From Octopus sinensis (lineage: Eukaryota), in the NCBI RefSeq assembly GCF_006345805.1, contig NC_043018.1:9982001-10046000 (forward strand): a DNA stretch of 64,000 bases, written 5' to 3'. Of this stretch, positions 1 to 12,229 are shown one piece after another. Under the pieces are notes generated by a model, which was not told where the DNA came from, did no database searches, and saw only the letters and a list, made by a program, of their open reading frames with translations. Both the position numbers and the translations under genes were made by a program. Within the stretch, counting starts at the first letter, position 1. Every line of letters begins with the position of its first letter.

Positions 1-338
1 AAAAATTTTTAACATGCTAGCCATTGAAAAAATTTTTTTTAGAAAATATTTCATCCTACATTAAATGTATATATATATATATTACTTAAACACACACACA
101 CGTGTGTATGTGTGTGTGTGTGTGTGTGCACATGCTTGTATGCCTGTATACGTTGTCAGTATGTTTGTACATATGTCAATATATCTACGTATTTATTTGG
201 TTGAAATATCTCCATGAAATTGAATGGAAGTTATGGATTAATGTACAGATGCATCAATTTTGTATTAAATAGTTTTATATTTTATAAATTTATTGAGAAA
301 TTTGTTGAAAGATAGTTTTAGTAAAGTACAAAGCATAC

Positions 339-426
339 ATTTCCAATATGGCAGATGATTCTGCAGTGAATAATGGAGGAAAAAGAAGACAAGGGAAAGG
401 ATTTTGCCATATTCTGATGCCATCAT
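339..426 (-). CDS. Possible first coding exon of a secreted/membrane protein (gene would continue left of the window)
   Basis: Minus strand: ttgttAG acceptor (exon start 447), ATG ATG at 426, reads MMASEYGKILSLVFFFLHYSLQNHLPYWK, then GTATGC donor at 338. Hydrophobic signal-peptide-like core; no homology recognised. Confidence 0.25.
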
Positions 427-457
427 GGAAAACAGGAAAATATTTTGCTAACAAATC

Positions 458-870
458 ATACACATACACATATATACATGCATACATATACACATATATA
501 TATATATACACACATATATGCATACATACATACCATACATACGTATATACCATACATACATACATACACACCAACATACATACATACATACAAACATACA
601 TACATATAGATATACACACACATACACATACATACATATATACACACACACATACATACACCACACATACATGCATACATACATACATACATACCATACA
701 TACATACATACATACACACATACATACATATATACATACATACATAAATGCATACATACATACATACATACATACATACACACACACGTACATACATACA
801 TACATACACACACACATACACGTACATACATACATACACACACACACACATACATACATACATGCATGTA
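458..870. repeat. (TACA)n/(CA)n compound microsatellite
   Basis: Direct reading of catacatacata/cacacaca runs. Confidence 0.95.
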
Positions 871-1083
871 CCTTTATCTGTTATTTTTTTAATTGTTTCA
901 GATCCCTGGGTGGTGGCTGTGCTTGGGCAACGTCCTTAAATTTTTTTAAAGTTTGGTACTCATTTTATTGATCTCTTTTGCTGAACCACTAAATTAACGT
1001 GGACATAAACAAACCAGCATTGGTTATTGAGCAGGGTGGGGAAGAGAAATGCGAACACAAAGACAGACACAGATACATTATAT

Positions 1084-1118
<35 letters not shown>

Positions 1119-1320
1119 CACACAAAGGCCTTCATAAGGCACTGGTTGGCTGCGAACCATAGAAGTAGACACTTGCCCAAGGTGCTGTACAGTGGGACTG
1201 AACCTGAAACCAGATGGTTACAAAGCAGTCTTCTTAACCACAGAGCCAGACAGGATATAAAACGATATATTGTAAAAAGGCACATCATTTGCAAGATATG
1301 TGTGTGTGTGCCTGTGTGTG

Positions 1321-1355
<35 letters not shown>

Positions 1356-1469
1356 TACACCATAATGTGTGTATAATATATATAAGACTATGTATGTATA
1401 TACACACACACACATATATATATATAGAGATATATGTACATATTCATACAAGGAAAATAGTTGTTAACA

Positions 1470-1511
<42 letters not shown>

Positions 1512-1594
1512 AATGATGATGATGATGATATATGCATATGCACATATAGATACACATATGTACGTACACATACACACACAAACAAATGCATATA

Positions 1595-1822
1595 CAGAGG
1601 TGGTGTGCAAAAGTAGGTATACAGTAAGTATCGCATCAATGCCATATAATAATTCCTTAAAATGATTAGCCTCATTTTTGATATTTTCATTAATCATAAT
1701 ATATTTATCATAACTATAACAATATTTTCATGGTAACTTTTAATATTTTTGATAAAAATAAAGGAATATTGTACCTTTTCATTTTTTTTTTCCTAGCTGT
1801 ATACCTACTTCTGCTGACCCTG
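1595..1822. mobile_element. Tc1/mariner-type MITE
   Basis: TA|cagaggtggtgtgcaaaagtaggtatacag ... ctgtatacctacttctgctgaccctg|TA: imperfect TIRs flanked by TA, AT-rich interior. Confidence 0.6.
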
Positions 1823-1828
1823 TATTTA

Positions 1829-2387
1829 CAGACATGCAGGAAGTAAATAGACACCTTTAATTTTAAAAAATCTTTGATATTAATTGGTTGAAAGAGAGGT
1901 TTTCTTCTAGCTGCTCGTCCATAATACCCAAGCTTATGCAGATATGTAACACATGTTCTTGGACTAACTTCTAAATGTTTTGCAATGTCCAAAGCCTTCG
2001 AACGGGGTTCATTTTCCACAATTCTCTTCAAACAGCGAAGCTTCCTTTCCAAGGGCCCAGGTCAGCCAGGACAAGAATCTGTTGATTCTTTTCCTTGGCT
2101 TTTGAATTGCACTATAATTCTATTAACAGTAGCAAGAGGAATTTGAAAATTTTCGGCAATTTTTCACTAGTTCAGATTGCCCAACTATGCAACCACTTTG
2201 AAAATCTGACAGATTTGCTGAATTTTTTATGCGTGGCATGGTTACTCTTCGCAAATATTGAATATAATGGCACCTGGAATATAAAAGAATAATTACATTG
2301 TAAATTCTACACTGCTGAAAACATAATAAGACGCTTAGATCAGAAATTTTGAAAATTAAAGGTGTCTATTTACTTCCTGCACGTCTA
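1829..2387 (-). mobile_element. Internally deleted Tc1-family transposon
   Basis: ~50-bp TIRs (cagacatgcaggaagtaaatagacacctttaatttt / aaaattaaaggtgtctatttacttcctgcacgtct); minus-strand remnant RCLKRIVENEPRSKALDIAKHLEVSPRTCVTYLHKLGYYGRAARRKPL resembles the Tc1 HTH DNA-binding region; DDE domain missing. Confidence 0.85.
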
Positions 2388-2630
2388 TGTACACAGCTAA
2401 TATTTTTTTAATAGAATCACACACACTCTGCTACATTCTTCACTTCGCAGCGAACATGACAATTCAACCATATTGTTAAGAAAATGGTAGGCTCCACATG
2501 GCTGTTCGACCTGCTAGAAAATGCAGCCATATCTCCCTCATCACCCATACATTTTAGAAAATAAGGAAGGACATATTGAAATAATCAGTCCTAGATTTAG
2601 AAACAAAATTAAAAATGTGAATCTTTTATG

Positions 2631-3065
2631 TGGTTATTCCACTTGCTAGAAAAAGCAGTCAGACCTCCATCATGTCAAACTATATCATCTTTGAAAAAGA
2701 AGGTCATTTTGAATTAATCAATTGTTGATATCAAAATAAAATGGAAAAAGGGGAATCATCTATATGGTTATTCCACTTGCTAGAAAAAGCAGTCAGACCT
2801 CCATCATGTCAAACTATATCATCTTTGAAAAAGAAGGTCATTTTGAATTAATCAATTGTTGATATCAAAATAAAATGGAAAAAGGGGAATCATCTATATG
2901 GTTATTCCACTTGCTAGAAAAAGCAGTCAGACCTCCATCATGTCAAACTATATCATCTTTGAAAAAGAAGGTCATTTTGAATTAATCAATTGTTGATATC
3001 AAAATAAAATGGAAAAAGGGGAATCATCTATATGGTTATTCCACTTGCTAGAAAAAGCAGCCAGA
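2631..3065 (+). repeat. 134-bp tandem repeat, ~3.2 copies, derived from a dispersed repeat
   Basis: tggttattccacttgctagaaaaagcag recurs at 2631, 2765, 2899, 3033. Confidence 0.95.
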
Positions 3066-3297
3066 TCTACCTCATTTTGAACACTTATGTTCTTAACAAT
3101 CGAAGAATGACACATTGAGCAGTTTTTGTCCAAGATATATTGAGTCTGAATAAAAGACAGGATGGTCACAGCTGGAACAGTTTTGTTAGGGCTAACCCAC
3201 TGGTTAGGGCCAACTCGGGGCTAAACAACATCAACAACAACAACAACAGCAGCAGCAGCAACATCAACATCAACAACAACAATAACAACAACAACAA
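3033..3297 (+). mobile_element. Dispersed repeat family with (CAA)n tail (gctagaaatagcagccaaatctccctc ... ggggctaaacaacaac)
   Basis: Related copies near 2490, 16350 (minus), 17030, 32200, 44880, 49260; the simple-repeat tail suggests a retroposon 3' end. Confidence 0.65.
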
Positions 3298-3831
3298 ATC
3301 ATAACAGCTGCTGCAAAAGGAATTTGACTGTCATTATTCATGATTTTTTGAAGTAAAAATATTCCAAGAAATTTTTTAATTAATAAAAATAATAACAACA
3401 AAATTATTGATTCCAGCTTATATAAGAGTGTGTGTGTGTGCACATGCATCTTTCTTGTTCCCTCCCTATATTTGTATATACAAACATATATTTATATACA
3501 TATATATATATATGTATGTATGTACATATATATATATATGTACATGCATATATTTATATATAGGTGCATATACAAATATATATATATATATATATTCTTT
3601 TACTTGTTTCAGTCTTTTGACTGTGGCCATGCTGGAGCACTGCTTTTTAGTTGAAGAAATCATCGACCCTGGGGGCTTATTCTTTGTAAGCCTGGTACAT
3701 ATTCTATTGTGCCCTTTTGCTGAACCACTAAGTTATAGGGACGTAAACACACCAACATTGGTTGTCAAGCAATGGTTGGCAGACAAACACAGACAGACAC
3801 ACATAAATATATACATACACACATATATGTA

Positions 3832-3874
<43 letters not shown>

Positions 3875-4379
3875 AGCTTCTTTTAGTTTCCATCTACCAA
3901 ATCCATTCACAAGTCTTTGGTTGACCCGAGGAATAGTAGAGACAATATATACATGTGTGTGTGTATATGTGTGTGTGTGTGTTGATGTCATAAGATTTTA
4001 GAAACTTCAGTAGAGCATGAAATAATTTGCTATCAATTGTGAAACTCAAAATAAATAAAGCTATAAAGCATGTAGAATATTTCTCCATCCAAAGGGCTTT
4101 TAACTTAATATTTATTTACATGCTATTTCTTTTATAGCCTTATCTACTTCAAGTTCCACAGTTTTATCTTTTATCTCGTACTTGTTTCAGTTATTAGACT
4201 GGGGCCATGCCCTGGGCACTGCCTCGATGAATTTTTAGTCGAATGAATCAACCCCAGGACTTATTTTTTTGAACTCTGTTTTGTTGAACGGCTAAGTTAC
4301 GAGGACATAAACACACCAACAATGGTTGTGAAGCAGCGGGGGGAACAAACAAAGACACAAAGACATACCACACACACAC

Positions 4380-4414
<35 letters not shown>

Positions 4415-4430
4415 ATATATATGTATATAG

Positions 4431-4486
<56 letters not shown>

Positions 4487-4487
<1 letters not shown>

Positions 4488-4880
4488 CTTTTACTTGCTT
4501 CAGTCATTTGACTGCAGCCATGTGGAGCCACACCACCTTCAGTCGAATAAACAGACCCTAGGACTTATTCTTTGTAGGCCTAGTACTTATTCTATTGGTT
4601 TCTTTTAGTTGAACCGCTAAGTGACGGGGACGTAAACACACCAACATTGGTTGTCAAGCGATGATGGAGAGACAAACACAAACACAAACAATAAACACAC
4701 ACACACACACCTATACGATGGGCTTGTTTCATTTTCTGACTACCGAATCCACTCACAAGGCTCTGGTCGGCCTGAGGCTATAGTAGAATGTACTTCCTCA
4801 AGGTGCCATGCAGTGGGACTGAACCTGGAACCATGTGGTTGGGAAGCAAGCTTCTCATCACACAGCCACGCCTGCACCTA
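4487..4880 (-). mobile_element. Octopus tRNA-derived CORE-type SINE (family A)
   Basis: Reverse complement of the family-A layout seen at 21766/54090: tRNA-like head, gcaccttgggcaagtgtcttc core, internal microsatellite, gaaacaagtaaaag tail. Confidence 0.85.
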
Positions 4881-5362
4881 TAAAAAGAAATTATACATAC
4901 ATACGTATGTCTGTACATACACACACACACATGCATACACACACATGCACACACATGCATACACACATGTATATATATCGTTGCTGTCATGTATCGTATG
5001 TTTTCACAGGATGTTGATGACACAACAGTAAAAGTCTTCCCGGTCAGGCGTGAGTTCATTCTGACTCACTCCCTCTCTCGCTTAGTGTTTCCTTGGCAGA
5101 GATATTGGGCTGGTTCAGCATTGCTTTCTCCAGCTGGACAGCTGTTGACCCATAAGGAGCACATCTAAACTTTGGTAAGTCTTCTTTCCGACTGGGCAAC
5201 CAGATATGCTCCTCACCAAAGTTACAACCTACTGAAGTTGGTCAGCCAGTTTAGTTGCTGACCAGTTCACTACAGAACAGATAGTACTGGTTTATAGGAT
5301 ACAAGAAGCAGGTCTCCCCAGGCTGTGATGAGAGCCCTGATCTAACTTGGATTCATATGCAT

Positions 5363-5393
<31 letters not shown>

Positions 5394-5498
5394 CAAAATT
5401 GTGGGAGTGGAACAGGAAAATCCAGGCTACATCTGTTTCGTAGCTAGCAGATCCTCTGATGTAATAATTACACAATGAGGGGTACAGATATACATATA

Positions 5499-5708
5499 CG
5501 AGGGGGCACTGAAAATTTTGTGGCTTTGGGTAAATGAAAATACAGGAGAATCAGTTAAATATGATTTTATTCAACATATTCCCCCCCTCAGATTCACTTA
5601 TTGCAGAAGTCCTTCAGTTTTTCTAAGCCCTATATAAGAACTCAGAAGGTTGAGCCTCCAATCACCTTTCGCGATACCCTCAAAGCCTGGAATCTTTTAG
5701 CACCCCTT
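5499..5708 (-). mobile_element. Mariner-derived MITE
   Basis: TA-flanked TIRs cgagggggcactgaaaa / ttttagcacccct; second copy at 25112-25328 in the opposite orientation. Confidence 0.75.
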
Positions 5709-6019
5709 TACCCCCCCCCCCACATACATAATGTATGTGTGTGCTGCATGTGTGAGACTCTGTGTATGTAAGTGCAAGACTTGCTAAGAGAATAAGGTGA
5801 TATATACTATCTTTATTCAAAGCACCAGAAGTTGATGTTTTCTGTTTATTCAGTCACTGGAAAGATTTATGTTATAGCCCCAGACACTTCTTAATTTACA
5901 TGAACATTTGTTGAGCACTACTGTTGAAAAATACCTTGCTACAATGAATTATGATGTACCATATGGAATACATATGCTTCTTCTTACCATTTATATATAT
6001 ATATATATGTGTGTGTGTA

Positions 6020-6055
<36 letters not shown>

Positions 6056-6084
6056 CCCCACATATATATATATATATATATATC

Positions 6085-6118
<34 letters not shown>

Positions 6119-6171
6119 GGAGATTCACAAAAAAAACAAAAGATGAAGACAGGTGGTGTAAACATATATAT

Positions 6172-6511
6172 AAAGGGTAACGACCCCCTTCGTCATGAAT
6201 GACCATGGGATGGCACCTAGAAAGTTACCCTCCGAGACACAAGTCCGGGCAAGGTTGTTTATGGAAGACCAGCAGTCGCCCATGCATACCGGCCTCCCAT
6301 CTCCACACCACCAGTGTTATCCAAGGGAAAGACAAAGGTCGATACAGCTTGGCACCAGTGACGTCGCAACTCATTTCTACCGCAGAGTGAACTGGAGCAA
6401 TGTGAAATAAAGTGCTTTGCTCAAGAACACAACACGCAGCCCGGTCCGGGATTCGAGCTCACAACCTCACGATCGTAAGCTCGACGCTCTAACCACTGAG
6501 CCATGCGCCTT

Positions 6512-6514
<3 letters not shown>
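6172..6514 (-). mobile_element. tRNA(Arg)-like SINE (family B, CORE-like domain)
   Basis: Minus strand: gtgaaggcgcatggctcagtggttagagcgtcgagcttACGatcgtgaggttgtgagctcgaatccc (A-box, B-box-like, ACG anticodon), then gtgttcttgagcaaagcactttatttcac. Confidence 0.9.
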
Positions 6515-6557
<43 letters not shown>

Positions 6558-6559
<2 letters not shown>

Positions 6560-6759
6560 AGAGTTAAACACATAAATGTGAAACAAGGTGGAAAAAGAGT
6601 ACTCAAATACCAGTGGTAGAGTAATATGCTTTATAAAGCAGCAGAAAATTCAACAAAACCTGTTACTCTGAGTTTCCGTTGCCGTTCATCAGACAGTTTT
6701 TCTAGCAAAAATGTCCGATGAACTCAGGTTTTGTTGAATTTTCTGCTGCTTTAAATAAA

Positions 6760-6760
<1 letters not shown>
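6558..6760 (-). mobile_element. (TA)n-inserted PLE-type terminal cassette with inverted arms and a hammerhead motif
   Basis: Flanked by (TA)n on both sides; arms 6629-6662 and 6725-6760 are reverse complements. Confidence 0.7.
6660..6696 (-). ncRNA. Minimal type I hammerhead ribozyme
   Basis: ctgt-CTGATGA-a-cg-gcaa-cg-GAAA-ctc-a-gag-TA-acag: stem I ctgt/acag, GUA cleavage triplet, near-palindromic stem III. Confidence 0.7.
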
Positions 6761-6850
<90 letters not shown>

Positions 6851-6973
6851 GTGTGTGTGTGTATGTATGTATATATCCATATCTATGTATATATATGTAT
6901 ATATATATACACACATAACACATATATATACACACACACACATATTATATACACACACACACACCACACACAC

Positions 6974-7004
<31 letters not shown>

Positions 7005-7246
7005 TATATATATATATATATATATACACATACGTGTGTGTATATATATGTGTGTGTCTAGTTACATACCAACTCACAAACATACCACACACACATGTTT
7101 AAACATATGTTGACATCTTTCCTGATGTTATCGAACAGGATCTGACAAACATAGGCATACAGCATGATAGAATATACGTAGAAATATGGTAGAAACACCT
7201 CTGTGTGTGTGAGGGGATATATATGTGTGTGTGTGTGTGTATGTAT

Positions 7247-7278
<32 letters not shown>

Positions 7279-7404
7279 CATACATACATGTATTAATAGA
7301 TATACACATATACATAAACACGCACACACATATATACCGCCATCATTATCAGCCTTAAACATCAATATTCCATGTTGGCATGGATTGGGTGTGTGTATGT
7401 GTAG

Positions 7405-7435
<31 letters not shown>

Positions 7436-7589
7436 TATGGAGAGAAGGATGGTGTGGAGATGAGAGAGTGTTAGCCTTTCCATATTCCAGAATAAATGTT
7501 AGTGGTTGTGCGTTGAGTCAATTAGAGAGATGGGTGTTAATGGTCATATTAATGAATGTGGTGAAGGCGGGAGGGGGGGAAGTTGTGGT

Positions 7590-8614
7590 GTCCATGTCAG
7601 CGTTGGTAGTGGTGGTATGGGTGGTGGTGATGGTGGTGTTGATGGTGGTGGTGGTGATGGTGGTGGTGGTGGTGGTGGTGGCTGTGTGCTTGGGACAATA
7701 GTTAGGTGTTCTAGAGTTCTGGTGGTGATGGTGAAGATGATGATGATGATGATGATGATGGTGGTGATGGAAGAGGATGGTGATAATGATGATGATAACA
7801 ACAACAAAGACAACGATGATGATGATGATGATTATGGAGATAATGATGATGACAATGATGATGATGATAACAATGATGATGATGGTGGTGATGGTATTGG
7901 TGATAATGATGATGATGACAATAACAACAAAGACAACGATGATGATGGTGGTGGTGGTGGTGGGTGTGGTGGTGGGGATGATGATGATGACGATAGCAAT
8001 ATGGTGATATTGATAGTGAGACAGGATGGTGCTGACGGGGGACTGTTGGCAGTGAAATGGTATGGTCTTTTTCTTTCTCATCATTTTTAGTATAGCAATG
8101 CAGTAGGATGGTGGCAGTGGTGGCAGTGGTGTATTGGTGTGGTGGTGACAGTTATAGTGGTGGTAGTGGTGACAATGGTTGTTATGGTGATGGTGGTGAT
8201 GGTGAGGGTGGTGGTGGTGATGATAGAATGTGTGATGGTGGCTTAGTAGTATGAAGGTGATGGTGATGATTTTTGATGGTAGTGGTAGTGGTGGTGGTGG
8301 TGGTGGTGGCGATGCTGGTGGTGGTCATGGTGGTGGTCATGGTGGTGGTGGTGAAGGGCAAGGACACAGTCACTAGTTGTTCCAGCAACTGCGCGTTGTT
8401 GTCGTAAACAAGTGGAGGGTAGGGGAGGAGGAGGAGGAGGAGGAGCAGGGGAGAAGGAGGCGGGGAGGCTGTCTGACGTCAGTAACCGTAACAACAATGG
8501 TGGGAGTAACATATTGGTTGAAGAACACGCCACTGTAGGATGACGATACCAGCAACAAGAGGGAGGAATTAAGATGACGATGGTGGTGATGGTGATGATT
8601 ATGATGATGATGAC

Positions 8615-8654
<40 letters not shown>

Positions 8655-9105
8655 GTCATGATAATGATGATGATAGTGATGGCTGTTGTTGATGGTGATG
8701 ATGATGATGATGATGATGGCACAGCTGCTTGAGTTTATGAAAAATGACAATGATGATGACAATGATGATGATGATGATGGTGACGGTGGTAGAGTTTTAA
8801 GATGGTGATGATAATAATGGTGATGGTGATGTGGTCGCTTTTGCTGATGTGATGATGATGGTGATGATGATGATGATGATGATGATGGAGCAGCTGTGTG
8901 AGTTTACGACAACAACGATGTTGATGACAGTGATGGTGATGATGATGATGATGATGTTGATGATGATGATGATGTTGATGATGGTGATGATGTTGATGAT
9001 GTTGATGATGTTGATGATGGTGATGATGTTGATGATAAAGATGATTTAGATAATGATGATGGTGATGGTACAGTTGCTGGCATTGATGATGGTGATGGTG
9101 GTGGC
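7590..9105. repeat. Compound (GGT)n/(GAT)n trinucleotide field
   Basis: Direct reading. Confidence 0.95.
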
Positions 9106-9163
9106 AAAGTAATTATTAAATTGTTATTCATAGAGTAGTGTTGTATATACTAAAGATTGTGTT

Positions 9164-9236
<73 letters not shown>

Positions 9237-9499
9237 TGGTATAAAACATATATCTATGTATTATGTTTTTACATATGTATGTTTGTATCTATCTCTCTGT
9301 TTATCTATATCTATATCACTATGTATGTATGTATGTTTTTATGTATGTATGTATGTGTGCAGGTGTGGTCATAAGATTAAAAAAAACAATAAAAGATCCC
9401 TCCATGGGAATTGAAGCCCAAATCTCTCAGTTGCTGGGCCACTGTGTTACTCAAGACACTAAGAAGTCTTTAAATGAGTCTACTGCAAGTAGGAGATCA

Positions 9500-9509
9500 A
9501 TCAATAGAA

Positions 9510-9607
<98 letters not shown>

Positions 9608-9627
9608 GGATAGATAGATACAGAGAC

Positions 9628-9708
<81 letters not shown>

Positions 9709-10038
9709 CATACATACATACATACATACATACATAGATCTAAACAGAAAGACAGACAAATTGATGATAGTGAGATAGATACTTAGATAAATAGAAACAA
9801 GGAAAAAAAAAAAGCTAGCTAGATAGCTATGTAGATACATATAAGAAAAGATGACCACTACGTGGAGATCCATATGCTAGAAGTAGATCCGCTATGGTCT
9901 TACCACTAAGAAAGGAATATTCTCAAGAAAATTTTAGCAAATTCCAGAACGTAAGCTAGACCACTGGTTTTAAATTGATATTAATCAAATTAATATTATT
10001 TTAAATAGCTGTGTAGATAGATATTCAGACAGAGGGAC

Positions 10039-10110
<72 letters not shown>

Positions 10111-10191
10111 GGATAGATAGACAGACGGATGGATGGACGGACGGATGGATGGATAGATAGACAGATAAATAGATAGATAGATAGACAGAGA

Positions 10192-10240
<49 letters not shown>

Positions 10241-10280
10241 GGGCGGACAGATAGATAGACAGACAGACAGACAGATAGAT
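9500..10280. repeat. (TAGA)n/(CAGA)n tetranucleotide arrays
   Basis: Direct reading; two blocks, 9503-9740 and 10030-10280. Confidence 0.95.
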
Positions 10281-10790
10281 TTCAATGAGAAAGAAAAGAC
10301 CCACAGAATTCTCTTGTTAGGGATTAATACTGAAGTGATCTCATTATGTGATGTTAATTAATGTTAATTAATGCTAATTAATGTCAATGGTTTAAAGACC
10401 CTTTAATCCAGCCCTAATAATGTTTATAATAGGATTAGGATAAAAGTTGAAAACACTTTAAGCTTCATTGAAATCATTGAGTCTTATTGGTTTTTCTTGT
10501 GTGCCATATGTTAGGGACAAGAGTGCAAACAGGGAAGAATTATACTTGAGACTACTCGATGTATATGTGTATATATGTATGTATATGTGTGCATATGTGT
10601 GTGTGTGTGCATCCGTGCGTGCGTGTGTCTATGTGTATACACACACACATACACATATATACATGCAGTTCAACGCATAGAAAATGAGCATTAAATGATT
10701 GATGATGATGATGATGATTATGTATGTATGAATGTATGTATGTATGTGTATATATATGCATATGTATATATACATACATATATATATATA

Positions 10791-10982
10791 GTTAATCCAA
10801 ACAAGAAAGCACAAAAAAACACAACAACGCGAGGATGTGGAACAAATATAGTATTATTGGACGCTCAGGAAAGAAGGGAAGAAGGAGGGTTTAATGTTTC
10901 AAGCGGAGCTCTTCGTCGGAAACATAGGAGAAGGAAAGATCCAGAGAAGGGAAGACAGAGGAAAAAAAATCGCCAACGGTAC
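10791..10982 (-). mobile_element. (TA)n-inserted cassette with a degenerate hammerhead motif
   Basis: Between (TA)n runs; minus strand 10923-10889 reads gttt-CCGACGA-agagctccgctt-GAAA-catt-aaac. Confidence 0.55.
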
Positions 10983-11310
10983 ATATATATATATATATAT
11001 ATGTATAAGTATATACATTCATAGATGTTTACATATTAAGATGTCAGTAAAAAATTTAGATTCAAATGAATATAGTAACTTCAGTTGAGGCACCAGAATT
11101 TAGTACGGTATTATCCATACAATTTCAAAATAGGTGATTAAAACCAAAATAAGGAACAAGGACCTCTGGATATCCTTGTTGCTTATTTTGATATGTAAGA
11201 TGTCTGTAAGTGTGGCCCTAAAAATAAACCCTAAAAAATAAAAAAAGATAACAGATGCCAATATGGAAATTGATTACTGTATGTATATATATTTTATATA
11301 TATATATAAT

Positions 11311-11359
<49 letters not shown>

Positions 11360-11378
11360 TATATTATTATATAGAAGG

Positions 11379-11429
11379 AGCTTCTACAGGACTAGAACTG
11401 TTTCATTCAAGAGAAATCTTCAGGAAGCT
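11379..11429 (-). ncRNA. Type I hammerhead ribozyme (left arm)
   Basis: Exact reverse complement of 11576-11626. Confidence 0.75.
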
Positions 11430-11575
11430 AGTTAACAGAATTGTATTGGCATTTATACATTTAGGCAGGTTTAAAGGGGTGTTGGTGGGGGACTTTTTGG
11501 GTCCCAAAATGTCCCCCACCAACACCCCTTTAAACCTGCCTAAATGTATAAATGCCAATACAATTCTTGTTAACT

Positions 11576-11626
11576 AGCTTCCTGAAGATTTCTCTTGAAT
11601 GAAACAGTTCTAGTCCTGTAGAAGCT
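11576..11626 (+). ncRNA. Type I hammerhead ribozyme (right arm)
   Basis: agcttc-CTGAAGA-t-ttc-tctt-gaa-t-GAAA-cag-ttctagtc-ctg-TA-gaagct: 6-bp stem I, conserved core, 4-bp stem III, predicted cleavage after GUA (A11620). Confidence 0.8.
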
Positions 11627-12191
11627 CCTTCTATATAATAAATTAATTTTACTCTGCTATGTATTGAGTACCTTATTTACTGTGGTTAACCCCGAATCAA
11701 CCCGGGACCTACATATATATATACATATATATGTATGTATATATATATATGTATAGATATATATGTGTAGATATGTGTATATATATATATATGTTAGTGT
11801 GTACATATACACACACACCTGTACGAATACAAGTATATATATAGGGCTATGTGAGTGTGTATGTGTGGGTGTTATTGTTTGTGTGTATGTATGTGCATGT
11901 GTGTGTGATGGTTTGTAAGTGCGTTTTAACGTACGGCATTTGTTGGCATGTACCATATGTTCAAGTTAATACAGCAGCAGCAGCAGTGGAAATGCACACG
12001 AAATAAAAGATCACAACAGAAACACATCCATGCACATGAACATACTCAGCAACATATAAACCAACACATACACATCAACACACACACACACATATATATA
12101 TTTACATATCTTTATATGTATATTGAAATTAATTAGCATTAATTGACATTAATTAAACCTTATATATATATATACACACACGCACACACTC

Positions 12192-12229
<38 letters not shown>

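Larger units (their letters stand above)
11365..11712. mobile_element. Fold-back PLE-type mini-element in (TA)n
   Basis: Palindrome 11365-11640 centred on T11502 with 2 small differences, plus a unique tail to cccgggacctac; second copy at 39073-39280. Confidence 0.85.

Noticed and set aside
6430-6514. tRNA-Arg gene (also 48300 and 56040)
   Set aside because: The tRNA-like heads continue into SINE bodies and lack a paired acceptor stem and terminator
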